Shown here piece by piece: positions 36,672 through 48,018 of a stretch of DNA of 64,000 bases; the first letter of the stretch is position 1, and each line of letters begins with the position of its first letter. The stretch is from contig JAGXAG010000002.1 in assembly GCA_018971685.1 (NCBI GenBank), forward strand, positions 2,276 to 66,275. The letters are read 5' to 3'. Both the position numbers and the translations under genes were made by a program. The notes beneath the pieces are model-generated. The model saw only the letters and a list, made by a program, of their open reading frames with translations. It was not told the DNA's origin and made no database searches. This DNA comes from Patescibacteria group bacterium. GTDB taxonomy: Bacteria > Patescibacteriota > Minisyncoccia > Phycocordibacterales > PALSA-1337.

Positions 36672-37418
36672 ATGAAAAAACTGGTACTGCTTCGTCATGG
36701 AGAGAGTGTCTGGAATAAGGAAAACCGATTTACCGGTTGGACCGATGTCGACCTGTCCGAAAAAGGCGTGGAGGAGGCCCATGAAGCCGGCAAGAAGTTA
36801 AAAGAGGCCCATTTTCACTTCGATATTGTTTTTGCATCTGTATTAAAAAGGGTTACAAGAACCATGGAAATAGTATTGGAAGAAATGGGGCTTGAAAATA
36901 TCGAAATAAGAAAGTCATGGAAACTCAATGAGAGACATTACGGAGCGTTGCAAGGTTTGAATAAATCTGAAACTGCGCGAAAGTACGGCGAAGAACAAGT
37001 GAAAATGTGGCGAAGGAGTTATGACACGCCGATACCGCCTTTACCCGTTGATAGCCCGATGTACCCCGGCAATGATCCGCTTTACAAAGATTTGGGTAAA
37101 TCAGAAATCCCTTTATCCGAAACTTTGAAAAATGTTGTCGAGAACAGAATAATCCCTTATTGGAATGAAGAGATTGCCCCAGCCGTAAAATTGGGGAAAA
37201 TGGTATTGATTGTCGCTTCCGGCAATAGCCTAAGAGGCTTGGTAAAAATCATTGAAGGCATATCTGATCTGGAAATAGCCGGTTTGGATATTCCTACGGG
37301 TATTCCAATAATTTATGATCTGAATGATGATTTAAAGCCGGTGAAAAAATATTATCTTGCCGCTCCGGATAAATTAAAAAAAGCGGTACAAACAGTCGAA
37401 AACCAAGGTAAATCGTGA
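36672..37418 (+). CDS. gpmA: 2,3-bisphosphoglycerate-dependent phosphoglycerate mutase
   Basis: LRHGESVWNKENRFTGWTDV, LNERHYGALQG, WRRSY, IPTG. Confidence 0.96.
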   Translation: MKKLVLLRHGESVWNKENRFTGWTDVDLSEKGVEEAHEAGKKLKEAHFHFDIVFASVLKRVTRTMEIVLEEMGLENIEIRKSWKLNERHYGALQGLNKSETARKYGEEQVKMWRRSYDTPIPPLPVDSPMYPGNDPLYKDLGKSEIPLSETLKNVVENRIIPYWNEEIAPAVKLGKMVLIVASGNSLRGLVKIIEGISDLEIAGLDIPTGIPIIYDLNDDLKPVKKYYLAAPDKLKKAVQTVENQGKS

Positions 37419-37599
37419 CTATAGCAAGTAGATGTGTTTTAATTTTATAAAAAATTATACCACAGAAAAGCAATCAGAATTACAGCGTTTATTCTACTGT
37501 GTTGTTTGACTTGTAGTCAATAATATTTGCAAATAACTAGAACTATTGCCGCAGGATTATAATATTCATTGCGAGAGCTAACCAACTCGCCTGAATAAA

Positions 37600-37671
37600 A
37601 TGGCGAAAGAAAAGCCACAGCAACCGCAGCAGCCGAATCCGGCGCCGCAGACACCTCCGACGAGTGCGTAA
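37600..37671 (+). CDS. Candidate Pro/Gln-rich micropeptide (23 aa)
   Basis: MAKEKPQQPQQPNPAPQTPPTSA*, with TATAAT and a 5' hairpin upstream and a terminator downstream. Confidence 0.45.
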   Translation: MAKEKPQQPQQPNPAPQTPPTSA

Positions 37672-37687
37672 ATGCGGAAAGCGATCA

Positions 37688-37717
37688 CACAAAAGCCGCC
37701 GAAAGGCGGCTTTTGTG
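37688..37717. terminator. Bidirectional terminator
   Basis: CACAAAAGCCGCC-GAAA-GGCGGCTTTTGTG. Confidence 0.88.
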
Positions 37718-37721
37718 CATA

Positions 37722-37841
37722 ATATCTACGGCTCAAGAGAAAGATTCCAAAAAAATTAAGTGGTGTCCTATCACCGGACAGTGCCGGTTTATTAATGGAC
37801 CCTAAAGTGTTTGTTTAAGGATCTTCTCCAGGGTAGACCTA
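37722..37841 (-). ncRNA. Candidate 6S-like RNA (rod with a central bubble)
   Basis: Minus-strand TTGACT-N16-TATAGT promoter; stems TCTAC/GTAGA, GAGAAGATCC/GGAATCTTTCTC, unpaired bubble, GTCC/GGAC, ACCGG/CCGGT. Confidence 0.45.
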
Positions 37842-37941
37842 GGTTAACTATAGACTTTGTCAGCAAAAAGTCAACGCCAAAACCAATGATTTCTGGGCAG
37901 AACCTGTTGATATGCTGTTAATAATTAAAAAATCCTGTGGA

Positions 37942-39234
<1,293 letters not shown>

Positions 39235-39412
39235 TTAATCGTTTAACATAAAATATGACTATTAAATAATAAGTTTAACGGATTTTTCTCGCCCGTCAAT
39301 ATTGAAATTTTCGCAGATTATGTTGTGATACGGGTTCGCGATCAAATTCCAGGAATAATGCTATAATTTTATCAGAAAATCATTACCAGAATTAATCAAG
39401 CAATAAAATAAC

Positions 39413-39682
39413 ATGAATGATCAAAGCGTAAGGTTGGCCGAGGATAATATCAAGCATTGTAAAGATGCCATAGATCTGGCGGGTCAAGAGATGAAGCATT
39501 TGCGCTCTGTCATAGATACGAAAAAGCGAGAAATCGAACAGATGGAAACAAGTATTCAAAAAACACGACAAGAAATTTCAGATTCGGAAAGTAAAATAAG
39601 GGAAATAACAAGGAAAATGCCCGGACTTCAACTTGCTCTGAAGAAAGCCGAGGCCGGAGCGTTGTCGGCTAAGGTGCACTGA
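39413..39682 (+). CDS. Small coiled-coil hypothetical protein
   Basis: 89-aa heptad-rich ORF with TGCTATAAT upstream. Confidence 0.7.
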   Translation: MNDQSVRLAEDNIKHCKDAIDLAGQEMKHLRSVIDTKKREIEQMETSIQKTRQEISDSESKIREITRKMPGLQLALKKAEAGALSAKVH

Positions 39683-39693
39683 ACCGTACACGG

Positions 39694-40875
39694 TCAATTG
39701 GTATCTCTGATGGTGAGCGCGGGATAAAGAGCCAGGAGCGTCAGGACGCCCACCACGGCGAACATGTATTCGTTGGTGGTAAACAGCAGGCCCGCCATGG
39801 TGACCAAGGGCGCGAAGAAATACGAGAGCGGCCTGGTGATGCGGAATACGCCCAACGCCGCCGAGTCGCGCGGCGAGACAGTCTTGAAGAAATAAGTTTC
39901 CATCATGATTTCCGCCGCCGCCGCGCCGATCCTGGTCGTGAAGAGCGCTGCTGCCCAGATCAGCAGATTCGGTGTGCGAATGAAAGCTAATCCTACGGTC
40001 GTTAGTCCCATCAGGAGAAATCCCAGACTCATAATCTCCTTTTCGCCAAAACGGTTGTCCGCCAATTTTCCCAGTGGGAATTGAACCAGCGGGAACGGCA
40101 GCAGCATGACTGTCAGGATTATACCGATCTGCTCCCAGCCGAAGCCCATTGTTTTATTCAAATAAATAGGGCAGTAAACGGTCATCCATGCGTAGAAAGT
40201 TTGCAAGACGATATTGGCTGAGAATAACTTTATCCAATTGCGATTGTGTCCGATATGCTTTGCCAGCTGTATCGGCGATAAGTGAGTGTAATTGGGGTCT
40301 TTAAATTTTGGAAAGTTGCGATATATGAGATAGAGCAAAGGAAACAGCATCGCCAAAGCCGCCACATAAGTATTGCGGAAATTGTTCGTGCCGTTTATAA
40401 GCATACTGCCCAGAAGCGGCGCCACTATCCATGAGGTGTTCAGGGTTGCCGTATAAAGTCCGCGGACTGCGCCGACCCGCGCGCTGTCGGTGTAAACTTC
40501 AAGGAAAATATCCAAAGTCAGCGCGATGAGCGAAACAACTGCTGATTGCAATATGAAAAGGGCCGCGATTGTGAAGGCGGATTGTGCTGTGACAAGTCCG
40601 TAGAATATGATCGCCTGTATCATAACCAGCGAGATCGCCGTGCGGTAATTGCCTAATCGGCGTATTATTGAAGGAGCGATCAAATATCCAAATATCGAGA
40701 CGGCGGCGCCGGCCATGTAGATATAACCGACCGTCTGTTCGTCGGCGAACAGCGACAAAAAGCTTGAATTGGAATACATCGGTATGACCAGGTGCAAAGT
40801 GTATATGAAACCGATGACGGCGATAGTATATATGGTGTGGCTTTTGGAAGTCGTGACCGTCTGTGTCTTATTCAT
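39694..40875 (-). CDS. MFS transporter
   Basis: About 12 TM helices, motif-A-like GKLADNRFGEK. Confidence 0.88.
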   Translation of the reverse strand: MNKTQTVTTSKSHTIYTIAVIGFIYTLHLVIPMYSNSSFLSLFADEQTVGYIYMAGAAVSIFGYLIAPSIIRRLGNYRTAISLVMIQAIIFYGLVTAQSAFTIAALFILQSAVVSLIALTLDIFLEVYTDSARVGAVRGLYTATLNTSWIVAPLLGSMLINGTNNFRNTYVAALAMLFPLLYLIYRNFPKFKDPNYTHLSPIQLAKHIGHNRNWIKLFSANIVLQTFYAWMTVYCPIYLNKTMGFGWEQIGIILTVMLLPFPLVQFPLGKLADNRFGEKEIMSLGFLLMGLTTVGLAFIRTPNLLIWAAALFTTRIGAAAAEIMMETYFFKTVSPRDSAALGVFRITRPLSYFFAPLVTMAGLLFTTNEYMFAVVGVLTLLALYPALTIRDTN

Positions 40876-40919
40876 GGCAATATGATATCATTGAATTATA
40901 ACAAATAACAAAAACAACC

Positions 40920-41471
40920 ATGACATTTGATCCAAAAAGTTTTGATAAGCAATTAGCCGTGGCCGCAGAGTGGCTGACAAAGGAGTTTCAACAAATAAGG
41001 ACCGGCCAAGCTTCGCCGGCCGTGCTGGATCCCGTCAAAGTCGAGTCTTACGGCACGCCCACCGCCTTGAAGGAAGTGGCGAGTATAACCATTGAAGGCG
41101 CCAGAACCATGCGTGTGTCGCCTTGGGACAAGTCTCTTGTCAAAGAGATTGAAAAAGCGATCACCGCGGCTAATTTGGGATTGTCGGTTGTTGCGGATCA
41201 GGAAGGTCTGCGGGTGAACTTTCCTGAATTGACGACGGATCGCAGAAAAGAAATAGTTAAAAACGCCAAAGAAAAACTGGAGGAAGCAAGGAAGCAGGTG
41301 CGCATGGCCAGAGATCGCACAGTCCGCGAACTGCAAGACAAAGAGAAAGACGGCGACATGGGCAAAGATGACGCGTTTCGCGCCAAGAATGAGGTGCAGA
41401 AGACGGTCGACGCGGCCAATAAAAAGTTGGATGAATTGTTTGCAAAAAAAGAACATGATATTTTGGATTAG
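40920..41471 (+). CDS. frr: Ribosome recycling factor
   Basis: IRTGQASP..LD..KVESYG, PWDKS...IEKAI, PELTTDRRKE. Confidence 0.96.
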   Translation: MTFDPKSFDKQLAVAAEWLTKEFQQIRTGQASPAVLDPVKVESYGTPTALKEVASITIEGARTMRVSPWDKSLVKEIEKAITAANLGLSVVADQEGLRVNFPELTTDRRKEIVKNAKEKLEEARKQVRMARDRTVRELQDKEKDGDMGKDDAFRAKNEVQKTVDAANKKLDELFAKKEHDILD

Positions 41472-41540
41472 TGCGAAGTAGGCGGCCGCCTTCTGCAAAG
41501 CAAGGGGGTGCCAGTCTGTGCGATCTTTGTTTGGCAAATC

Positions 41541-42680
41541 ATGACCACGGCGATCATATTCATAGTAGTATTGGCAGTACTCATATTTGTTCACGAATTG
41601 GGGCACTTTTTGGCGGCGAGAGCTTGCGGCATAAGGGTTGATGCGTTCAAGATAGGCTTCGGGCCGAAGATTTTTTCATGGCAAAAAGGGGAAACAGAAT
41701 ACGGCGTGAATGCAATTCCATTCGGAGGATATGTGAAAATTTTCGGTGAAAATCCGGACGGCGAATCGATCTCTGGGCCGGATTCGCCGCGGAGCTTTGT
41801 CAATAAGCCCAGATGGCAGCAGGCGATCGTGCTTTTCGCGGGAGTGTTTTTCAACTTCTTGTTCGCGTGGCTCCTGTATTCCATCGTATTCGCCGGCGGC
41901 GTAACCGCGGCAACGGACGGTTTCGAGCAGTATGCCGGCAGGTTTCATAACGAAAGGATAATGATTACCTATGTCGAGCCCGGTTCGCCGGCGGAAAAAG
42001 CAGGCATCGCAACCGGAGATACTATTGATCAGGTTTTGATGGCCGACGGCGGTTTGCCGGTTGTCGACAATTTAAATACCGGCACGGTTTCCAACGGAAA
42101 AATATCCGATATACAAAATCTGATAAACGGCAGTGGCGTCAGCCCGGTAAGTATTGAGTATTCGACGATTGGAAATGTGACCAAGACTGTCATGGTTACA
42201 CCTGTAAAAGGCATTGTGGAAGGAAAATACGCCATCGGCATCGCCATGCAGACGGTCGCCGATTTCAGTTTGCCTCTGCCGACGGCGATTTACGAGGGCG
42301 CGCATTATACGGCAGTGCTTGTAAAAGAGACGGCAATAGGATTGTACGCATTCATCGCCAATATTTTCCGCGGCACACCGAACTTCTCCGATGTAGCGGG
42401 TCCGGTGGGTATTGCGGGCATTGTCGGCAATGCGGCGGAAATGGGCTTCAAATATTTGTTGATGGTTACGGCGATCATTTCCTTGAATTTGGGAGTGATC
42501 AACCTAATCCCGTTCCCTGCTCTTGACGGCGGCCGCATTTTATTCGTGGGACTAGAAGGCATTAGTCGCCGTCGTATTCCGCCCAAATTCGCTAATACCG
42601 TGAATGCTATCGGCTTTGCACTGCTCATCTTGCTTATGGTTGCGGTGACTTACAAAGATATTGCCAAATTGTTTATGTGA
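41541..42680 (+). CDS. rseP: RIP metalloprotease RseP (M50, PDZ)
   Basis: HELGH, IPFGGYV, GSPAEKAGI, GPVGI, NLIPFPALDGG. Confidence 0.95.
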   Translation: MTTAIIFIVVLAVLIFVHELGHFLAARACGIRVDAFKIGFGPKIFSWQKGETEYGVNAIPFGGYVKIFGENPDGESISGPDSPRSFVNKPRWQQAIVLFAGVFFNFLFAWLLYSIVFAGGVTAATDGFEQYAGRFHNERIMITYVEPGSPAEKAGIATGDTIDQVLMADGGLPVVDNLNTGTVSNGKISDIQNLINGSGVSPVSIEYSTIGNVTKTVMVTPVKGIVEGKYAIGIAMQTVADFSLPLPTAIYEGAHYTAVLVKETAIGLYAFIANIFRGTPNFSDVAGPVGIAGIVGNAAEMGFKYLLMVTAIISLNLGVINLIPFPALDGGRILFVGLEGISRRRIPPKFANTVNAIGFALLILLMVAVTYKDIAKLFM

Positions 42681-42704
42681 CCGGATCCTGTTAAAATCAC
42701 CACA

Positions 42705-43940
42705 ATGAGACAATCGGAATTATTCACGAAGACGAGAAGGGAGGCGCCCAAGGATGAGGTGGCGAAGAACGCGCAATTATTGATCCGCGCGGGTTATATC
42801 CACAAGGAAACCGCCGGAGCGTACTCTTATCTGCCTTTGGGACTGCGGGTCTTGAATAAAATTGTAGGTGTGATCCGCGAAGAGATGAATGTAATCGGCG
42901 GACAGGAGGTTTTATTGACGGCGTTGCAGAACAAGGAGACTTGGCAAGCGAGCGGCCGTTGGGACGACAAAGATTTGGAAATTTGGTTCAAGACTTCGCT
43001 CAAAGGCGGCGGCGAGCTTGGTTTGGGATTTACGCATGAAGAACCGCTGACGGCGCTTATGAAGGATCATATCCGATCGTTTAGAGATTTGCCGGTGGGC
43101 GTTTACCAATTCCAGACTAAATTCCGTAATGAACCGCGCGCCAAGTCGGGCCTCATGCGCGGCCGCGAATTCTTGATGAAGGATCTTTATACTTTTTGCA
43201 AAGATGAAAAAGAACAGAACGAGTACTATGAAAAAGCGAAGCAAGCTTACATCCGCATTTTCGATCGGCTGGGTATCGGTGGTGAGACCTATGTCACTTT
43301 CGCTTCGGGCGGTTCATTCTCGAAATATTCGCACGAATTCCAAACTTTGACCGATGCCGGCGAAGATACCATATATGTGAGCGAGGCCAAGAAAATAGCG
43401 GTCAACAAGGAGGTCATGAATGATGAAGTTCTGAAAGATCTCGGCCTGCACAGGTCGGACCTGTGTGAGAAAAAAGCCGTGGAAGTGGGCAACATTTTCA
43501 ACTTGGGTACTAAATTCTCGGATGCGCTCAACTTGGTTTACAAGGACGAAAAAGGGCAGTCGAAGCCGGTCTGGATGGGCAGTTACGGCATTGGTCCCGG
43601 GCGCGTTATGGGAACTATTGTTGAATTGAAATCTGACGACAAGGGTCTCGTCTGGCCGGAATCGGTGGCGCCTTTCGCCATTCATCTGGTCGCCCTGTTT
43701 GACCAATCCGGCAAAGTGAAGAAAGCGGCGGATGATCTCTATTCGAAACTTTCCGCCAAAGGTGTTGAAGTTCTCTACGATGACCGTGAATTAAGTGCCG
43801 GCGAAAAATTCTCGGATGCGGATCTTATTGGAATTCCCAAGAGGTATGTGGTGAGCGAAAAAACGCTGGCGAATGATTCGGTGGAGGTGAAAGATAGGGT
43901 GACGGGAAAAATAGAGCTAGCACCTACATTCAAGCTATGA
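42705..43940 (+). CDS. proS: Proline--tRNA ligase (short form)
   Basis: LLIRAG, THEE, QTKFRNE.RAKSGLMRGREF.MKD, EVGNIF.LG, MGSYGIG. Confidence 0.96.
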   Translation: MRQSELFTKTRREAPKDEVAKNAQLLIRAGYIHKETAGAYSYLPLGLRVLNKIVGVIREEMNVIGGQEVLLTALQNKETWQASGRWDDKDLEIWFKTSLKGGGELGLGFTHEEPLTALMKDHIRSFRDLPVGVYQFQTKFRNEPRAKSGLMRGREFLMKDLYTFCKDEKEQNEYYEKAKQAYIRIFDRLGIGGETYVTFASGGSFSKYSHEFQTLTDAGEDTIYVSEAKKIAVNKEVMNDEVLKDLGLHRSDLCEKKAVEVGNIFNLGTKFSDALNLVYKDEKGQSKPVWMGSYGIGPGRVMGTIVELKSDDKGLVWPESVAPFAIHLVALFDQSGKVKKAADDLYSKLSAKGVEVLYDDRELSAGEKFSDADLIGIPKRYVVSEKTLANDSVEVKDRVTGKIELAPTFKL

Positions 43941-43952
43941 TAATGTACCGTC

Positions 43953-45020
43953 ATGGCTTCATTCAAGGACAGAAAAGACAAATTCCTGGGAAAATTTTCA
44001 AATGACATCGGCATCGACTTGGGGACGGCAAACACCCTGGTGTATGTGCGCGGCAAGGGAATAGTGGTCAATGAGCCGTCGGTGGTGGCCGTCAATCAGA
44101 AGACCGGACAGGTGGTGGCGGTCGGCAGTGCCGCAAAGGAAATGCTCGGCAGGACGCCTCTCCATATAACAGCCGTCAGGCCGCTGGTCGACGGCGTTAT
44201 TTCAGACTTCGAAGTGACCGAAGAAATGCTGTCGTATCTGATGAAGCGCGCCGGCGAATTCATGCCGAAAAGATTTTTGGGTCCGAGAGTCGTCGTGGGC
44301 GTGCCTTCCGGCGTGACCAATGTGGAAGTCAGAGCTGTGCGCGACGCCGCCAAGAACGCCGGCGCCAGGGAAGTCTATATAGTGGAACAGCCCATGGCTG
44401 GCGCCATCGGCGTTCGACTGCCCGTCCATGATCCGGTTGGCAGCATGGTTGTAGACATAGGCGGGGGCACCACCGACATTGCCGTAATTTCATTGGGCGG
44501 CATCGTCAGGTCCAAGAATTTGAAAATCGCCGGCGACAAATTCAACAATGACATCATTACTTATATCCGCAACGAGTTCAAGATCTTGATAGGAGAAACA
44601 ACCGCTGAGCAAGTCAAGATCGCTGTCGGCTTGGTCGTTGCCGGCGAACCGCTGGAGACCACTATCCGCGGTCGAGACTTGATCACCGGTTTGCCGCGCG
44701 AAGTGATCATTACGGATTCAGACATCCGGGAAGCCATGGCGCAGTCGGTCGGCATCATCGTCGAGTCAGCCAAAGAGGTGTTGGAAATGACGCCGCCGGA
44801 AATCCTCTCCGACATCATGAAGCGCGGAGTGCACCTAGTCGGCGGCGGCGCGCTCATCAAAGGCTTGAATGTGTTGCTCTCCGAGGCGCTCAAAATCCCG
44901 GTGACTGTCGCCGATGATCCATTGACGGCGATCGCGCGCGGCGCCGGCGTGATCCTCGAAGACTTGGACACTTATCGGAGCGTGCTCATAGAAAGCGAAG
45001 ACGACATAAATGCAAAATAA
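43953..45020 (+). CDS. mreB: Rod shape-determining protein MreB
   Basis: GIDLGTANT, EPSVVA, VDIGGGTTD, GRDL.TGLP, GGGAL. Confidence 0.97.
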   Translation: MASFKDRKDKFLGKFSNDIGIDLGTANTLVYVRGKGIVVNEPSVVAVNQKTGQVVAVGSAAKEMLGRTPLHITAVRPLVDGVISDFEVTEEMLSYLMKRAGEFMPKRFLGPRVVVGVPSGVTNVEVRAVRDAAKNAGAREVYIVEQPMAGAIGVRLPVHDPVGSMVVDIGGGTTDIAVISLGGIVRSKNLKIAGDKFNNDIITYIRNEFKILIGETTAEQVKIAVGLVVAGEPLETTIRGRDLITGLPREVIITDSDIREAMAQSVGIIVESAKEVLEMTPPEILSDIMKRGVHLVGGGALIKGLNVLLSEALKIPVTVADDPLTAIARGAGVILEDLDTYRSVLIESEDDINAK

Positions 45021-45921
45021 CGGCAACAAATCTTTATGGCGACGGACAAAAGTTAAAAATTTTTCCGTAGCCGTTCTAACTTTGTTGATTATAGTTTTTG
45101 TATTTTTGCGATGGCTGGCCCCGCATTTTTTGCCGTCATTGTTTACTAGTGTCGCTGTTCCGTTCTGGCGCGCGGAATTTTCCGTGGCCAGTGGATCCTT
45201 GCAATCGCCGCAACAATTATTGGATGAGAATGAATCGCTCAAGTTGCAATTGGCGGCCGATGAATTGAGATTGAATACGGTAAGGTCCGTTGAATTGGAA
45301 AACGCGGAACTAAAGGATCTCTTGGGACGAAGCGTCGATGTTTCGATTTTCAACGCCGGCGGAACAGGCGCCGACGCCACTTCAACGCAGACGGCGTCGT
45401 CTTCAATCGGCGTGTCTAGAGAATACGCGACTTTCTTGCGGATGATCTCGTCGCAAAAACCGGCTCAATCAAGGATCATTTCTCCGATATTGATGCGCCC
45501 TCCATTTGTTCCGTATGACGAATTGATAATTGACGGCGGTTCCGATATCGGATTTTCAACCGGCGACAAGGTGTATGCGCCGGGCAATGTTTTGATCGGA
45601 AAGATTGTCGATACGCTGAATCGGACTTCGAAAGTCATTTTGTTTTCTTCGCCGGGCCAAACTTACCAAGTAATGTTGGCTTCTTCGAGCGTTTCGATAA
45701 CCGCGATTGGCCGCGGTGGCGGACAATATTCCGCCCAAGTTTCGCGTGACATTTCCGTCAAAGCGGGCGATTTTATAATCAACCCATCTCTTAACGATCG
45801 CGCTTTCGGCGTCGTTTTCCATGTAATCGCCGATCCCACTCAGCCGTTCCAAACCGTTCTCTTTGCTCCGCCGGTCAATCTTTACCAGTTGAAGTGGGTG
45901 ATGATCGATAAATCAAAATGA
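45010..45921 (+). CDS. mreC: Rod shape-determining protein MreC
   Basis: TM helix, coiled coil ENAELKDLL, LIIDGG..G...GD.V, LIGKI; follows mreB. Confidence 0.85.
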   Translation: MQNNGNKSLWRRTKVKNFSVAVLTLLIIVFVFLRWLAPHFLPSLFTSVAVPFWRAEFSVASGSLQSPQQLLDENESLKLQLAADELRLNTVRSVELENAELKDLLGRSVDVSIFNAGGTGADATSTQTASSSIGVSREYATFLRMISSQKPAQSRIISPILMRPPFVPYDELIIDGGSDIGFSTGDKVYAPGNVLIGKIVDTLNRTSKVILFSSPGQTYQVMLASSSVSITAIGRGGGQYSAQVSRDISVKAGDFIINPSLNDRAFGVVFHVIADPTQPFQTVLFAPPVNLYQLKWVMIDKSK

Positions 45922-46181
45922 ATAAGTTAACGATCAGGATAGTATTGGACATTATACTGTTCGTCTGTATTGTAAACGCCTGGTGGTATTTCGCCCTGCC
46001 GCTTGCCGTGGTTGGGGCGTTCGCATTTCCATTTTACATAGAATTCATCGTCGCCGGAATCATGTACGACGCATTATTCGCTATGGTTCAAGGAATGGGC
46101 GTATGGGCGTATTCCGGTACCATTGTATCGCTGGTTTTATTTATAATGATAACGACGCTAAAAAATTTCATAAGAAGATAA
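45918..46181 (+). CDS. Small polytopic membrane protein in the mreD position
   Basis: 87 aa hydrophobic, G..YD motif, between mreC and mrdA. Confidence 0.65.
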   Translation: MNKLTIRIVLDIILFVCIVNAWWYFALPLAVVGAFAFPFYIEFIVAGIMYDALFAMVQGMGVWAYSGTIVSLVLFIMITTLKNFIRR

Positions 46182-46208
46182 ACTGATGTATTATTACATA
46201 TCAATAGA

Positions 46209-47960
46209 ATGAAATTCAGCGATTTTTTTTCACGGGCGAGGATAAGGCGATATGCCGAAATTGATCCGGATGAAGTCTTGCTCGATGCCAGCAACATACC
46301 GAAATACGACAAAAACAGCCTTGAAGGACGGCTGGAAAAGCCGATTTCAAAAGCATCACTATATTCAATCGTTGGCGCACTAACGATAGTGTTTATCATA
46401 TTCCTGGCACAAGCATGGAAATTGCAAATAGCCGACGGCGAGACTTATTTGACGAGAAGCAACATGAATCTGTTGCGGCCCGTGCCCATCTTCGCCGCCA
46501 GAGGAACGATCACTGACCGTAACGGAGTATTGTTGGCGTGGAATGCGCCGAGCGGAAACGGCGGCGGCGATTCTTCCGCCAGCGGCACGCAAGCCGTCAG
46601 CGCCATGGATGATTATGTGCCGAAAAGGGAATACGCAACTACCACTGGCTTGGCTCATATTCAAGGCTATGTACAATATCCGTCAAAAGACAACAACGGC
46701 TTTTATTATACAGAAGATTTCCAAGGCATAGACGGCGCCGAAAAATATTTCAACAGCGAACTTCAAGGAATTAACGGATCAAGATTGATCGAAGTCGATG
46801 CCCACAACAAGATAGTGTCGCAGAATATCGTCAAGTCTCCGGTGTCAGGACAAAATGTTGCGCTTTCGGTAGACAGCCGTGTGCAATCTGAACTTTTCAA
46901 TAATATAAAAGCGATTGCGGACCAGTACGGCTTCAAGGGTGGTGCCGGTATCATCATGAATACGCGAACCGGCGAGATCATCGCTTTGACTAGTTACCCG
47001 GAATACAACCCCCAAGTTATGTCAGATAAGACCGATAAGTCGGCGGTTATAGCCGAGTTGAACAATCCGGATTTGCCGTTCCTAGACCGCGCCGTTGACG
47101 GCCTGTATACGCCTGGCTCTATCGTCAAACCATATATTGCGCTCGGCGTACTTAACGAAGGCGTCATCGATCCGAATAAGATCATAGTTACGACCGGATC
47201 TATATCGGTGCCAAATCCTTACAATCCAAGCCAAGTCTCAGTATTCAACGACTGGAAAGACTTGGGACCCCTGGATCTGCGTCATGCCATTGCCATGTCT
47301 TCAGACGCGTATTTCTATACCGTGGGTGGCGGTTACAAGGATCAAAATGGGTTGGGCATTGCTAACATCGACAAGTATTTACGGTTGTTCGGCTTTGGAT
47401 CGGTCATACCAGACTCGTTCGTGTCCGGCAAATCTGGCACCATACCGACGCCGGAATGGAAAAAGGCCACTTTCAACGAGCCTTGGTATTTAGGCGACAC
47501 TTATCATACGGCTATCGGGCAATACGGCACACAGGTAACACCGGCACAAATCGTCCGTGCCGTAGCAGCGGTTGCCAACGGCGGCACTCTGCTCGTGCCG
47601 ACTATCATTAAAGGTGATGGTCCGCATGTCGATCGCGTGATCGATTCAATACCGCAGAATGATTTTCAGATTGTGCGCGAAGGTATGCGCCTGTCGGCTA
47701 CAATCGGTACTGGCAAAGCTATGAATGTTCCATACGAAGAATTCGCTACCAAAACAGGTACTGCAGAATTGGGTGCCAGCAAAGAAAAAGTCAATTCATG
47801 GATCACCGGATTCTGGCCTTATCAAAGCCCGAAATACGCTTTTGCAGTCATGCTCGAACAAGGATCGGTACACAACCTCATAGGTGCCGCGGCAGTCATG
47901 AGACGAACCGCTGATTGGATGGAAATTCATACTCCGGAATATTTCAATGTTAGTCCTTGA
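46209..47960 (+). CDS. mrdA: Penicillin-binding protein 2
   Basis: ARGTITDRNG, PGSIVK, SSD.YFY, IGQ, KTGTAE. Confidence 0.93.
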   Translation: MKFSDFFSRARIRRYAEIDPDEVLLDASNIPKYDKNSLEGRLEKPISKASLYSIVGALTIVFIIFLAQAWKLQIADGETYLTRSNMNLLRPVPIFAARGTITDRNGVLLAWNAPSGNGGGDSSASGTQAVSAMDDYVPKREYATTTGLAHIQGYVQYPSKDNNGFYYTEDFQGIDGAEKYFNSELQGINGSRLIEVDAHNKIVSQNIVKSPVSGQNVALSVDSRVQSELFNNIKAIADQYGFKGGAGIIMNTRTGEIIALTSYPEYNPQVMSDKTDKSAVIAELNNPDLPFLDRAVDGLYTPGSIVKPYIALGVLNEGVIDPNKIIVTTGSISVPNPYNPSQVSVFNDWKDLGPLDLRHAIAMSSDAYFYTVGGGYKDQNGLGIANIDKYLRLFGFGSVIPDSFVSGKSGTIPTPEWKKATFNEPWYLGDTYHTAIGQYGTQVTPAQIVRAVAAVANGGTLLVPTIIKGDGPHVDRVIDSIPQNDFQIVREGMRLSATIGTGKAMNVPYEEFATKTGTAELGASKEKVNSWITGFWPYQSPKYAFAVMLEQGSVHNLIGAAAVMRRTADWMEIHTPEYFNVSP

Positions 47961-47981
47961 TATCGAGGACTCACCTTGATA
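47944..47981. repeat. REP doublet containing the mrdA stop codon
   Basis: TCAATGTTAGTCCTTGAT|ATCGAGGACTCACCTTGA imperfect inverted repeat. Confidence 0.65.
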
Positions 47982-48018
47982 GTATTTAGATATTAACCAT
48001 AAGATCAGTACTCAAAAA

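Noticed and set aside
37828-37843. CCAGGGTAGACCTAGG as a REP copy
   Set aside because: Poor match, and better explained as the 5' stem of the ncRNA candidate.
41472-41540. GC-rich hairpin between frr and rseP
   Set aside because: Could be an element remnant, but the pairing is irregular and I cannot separate it from a terminator.
45330-45480. MreC insertion (GGTGADATSTQTASSS) with CGACGCC/GGCGTCG
   Set aside because: A single 7-bp stem; the Ser/Thr low-complexity linker explains it.
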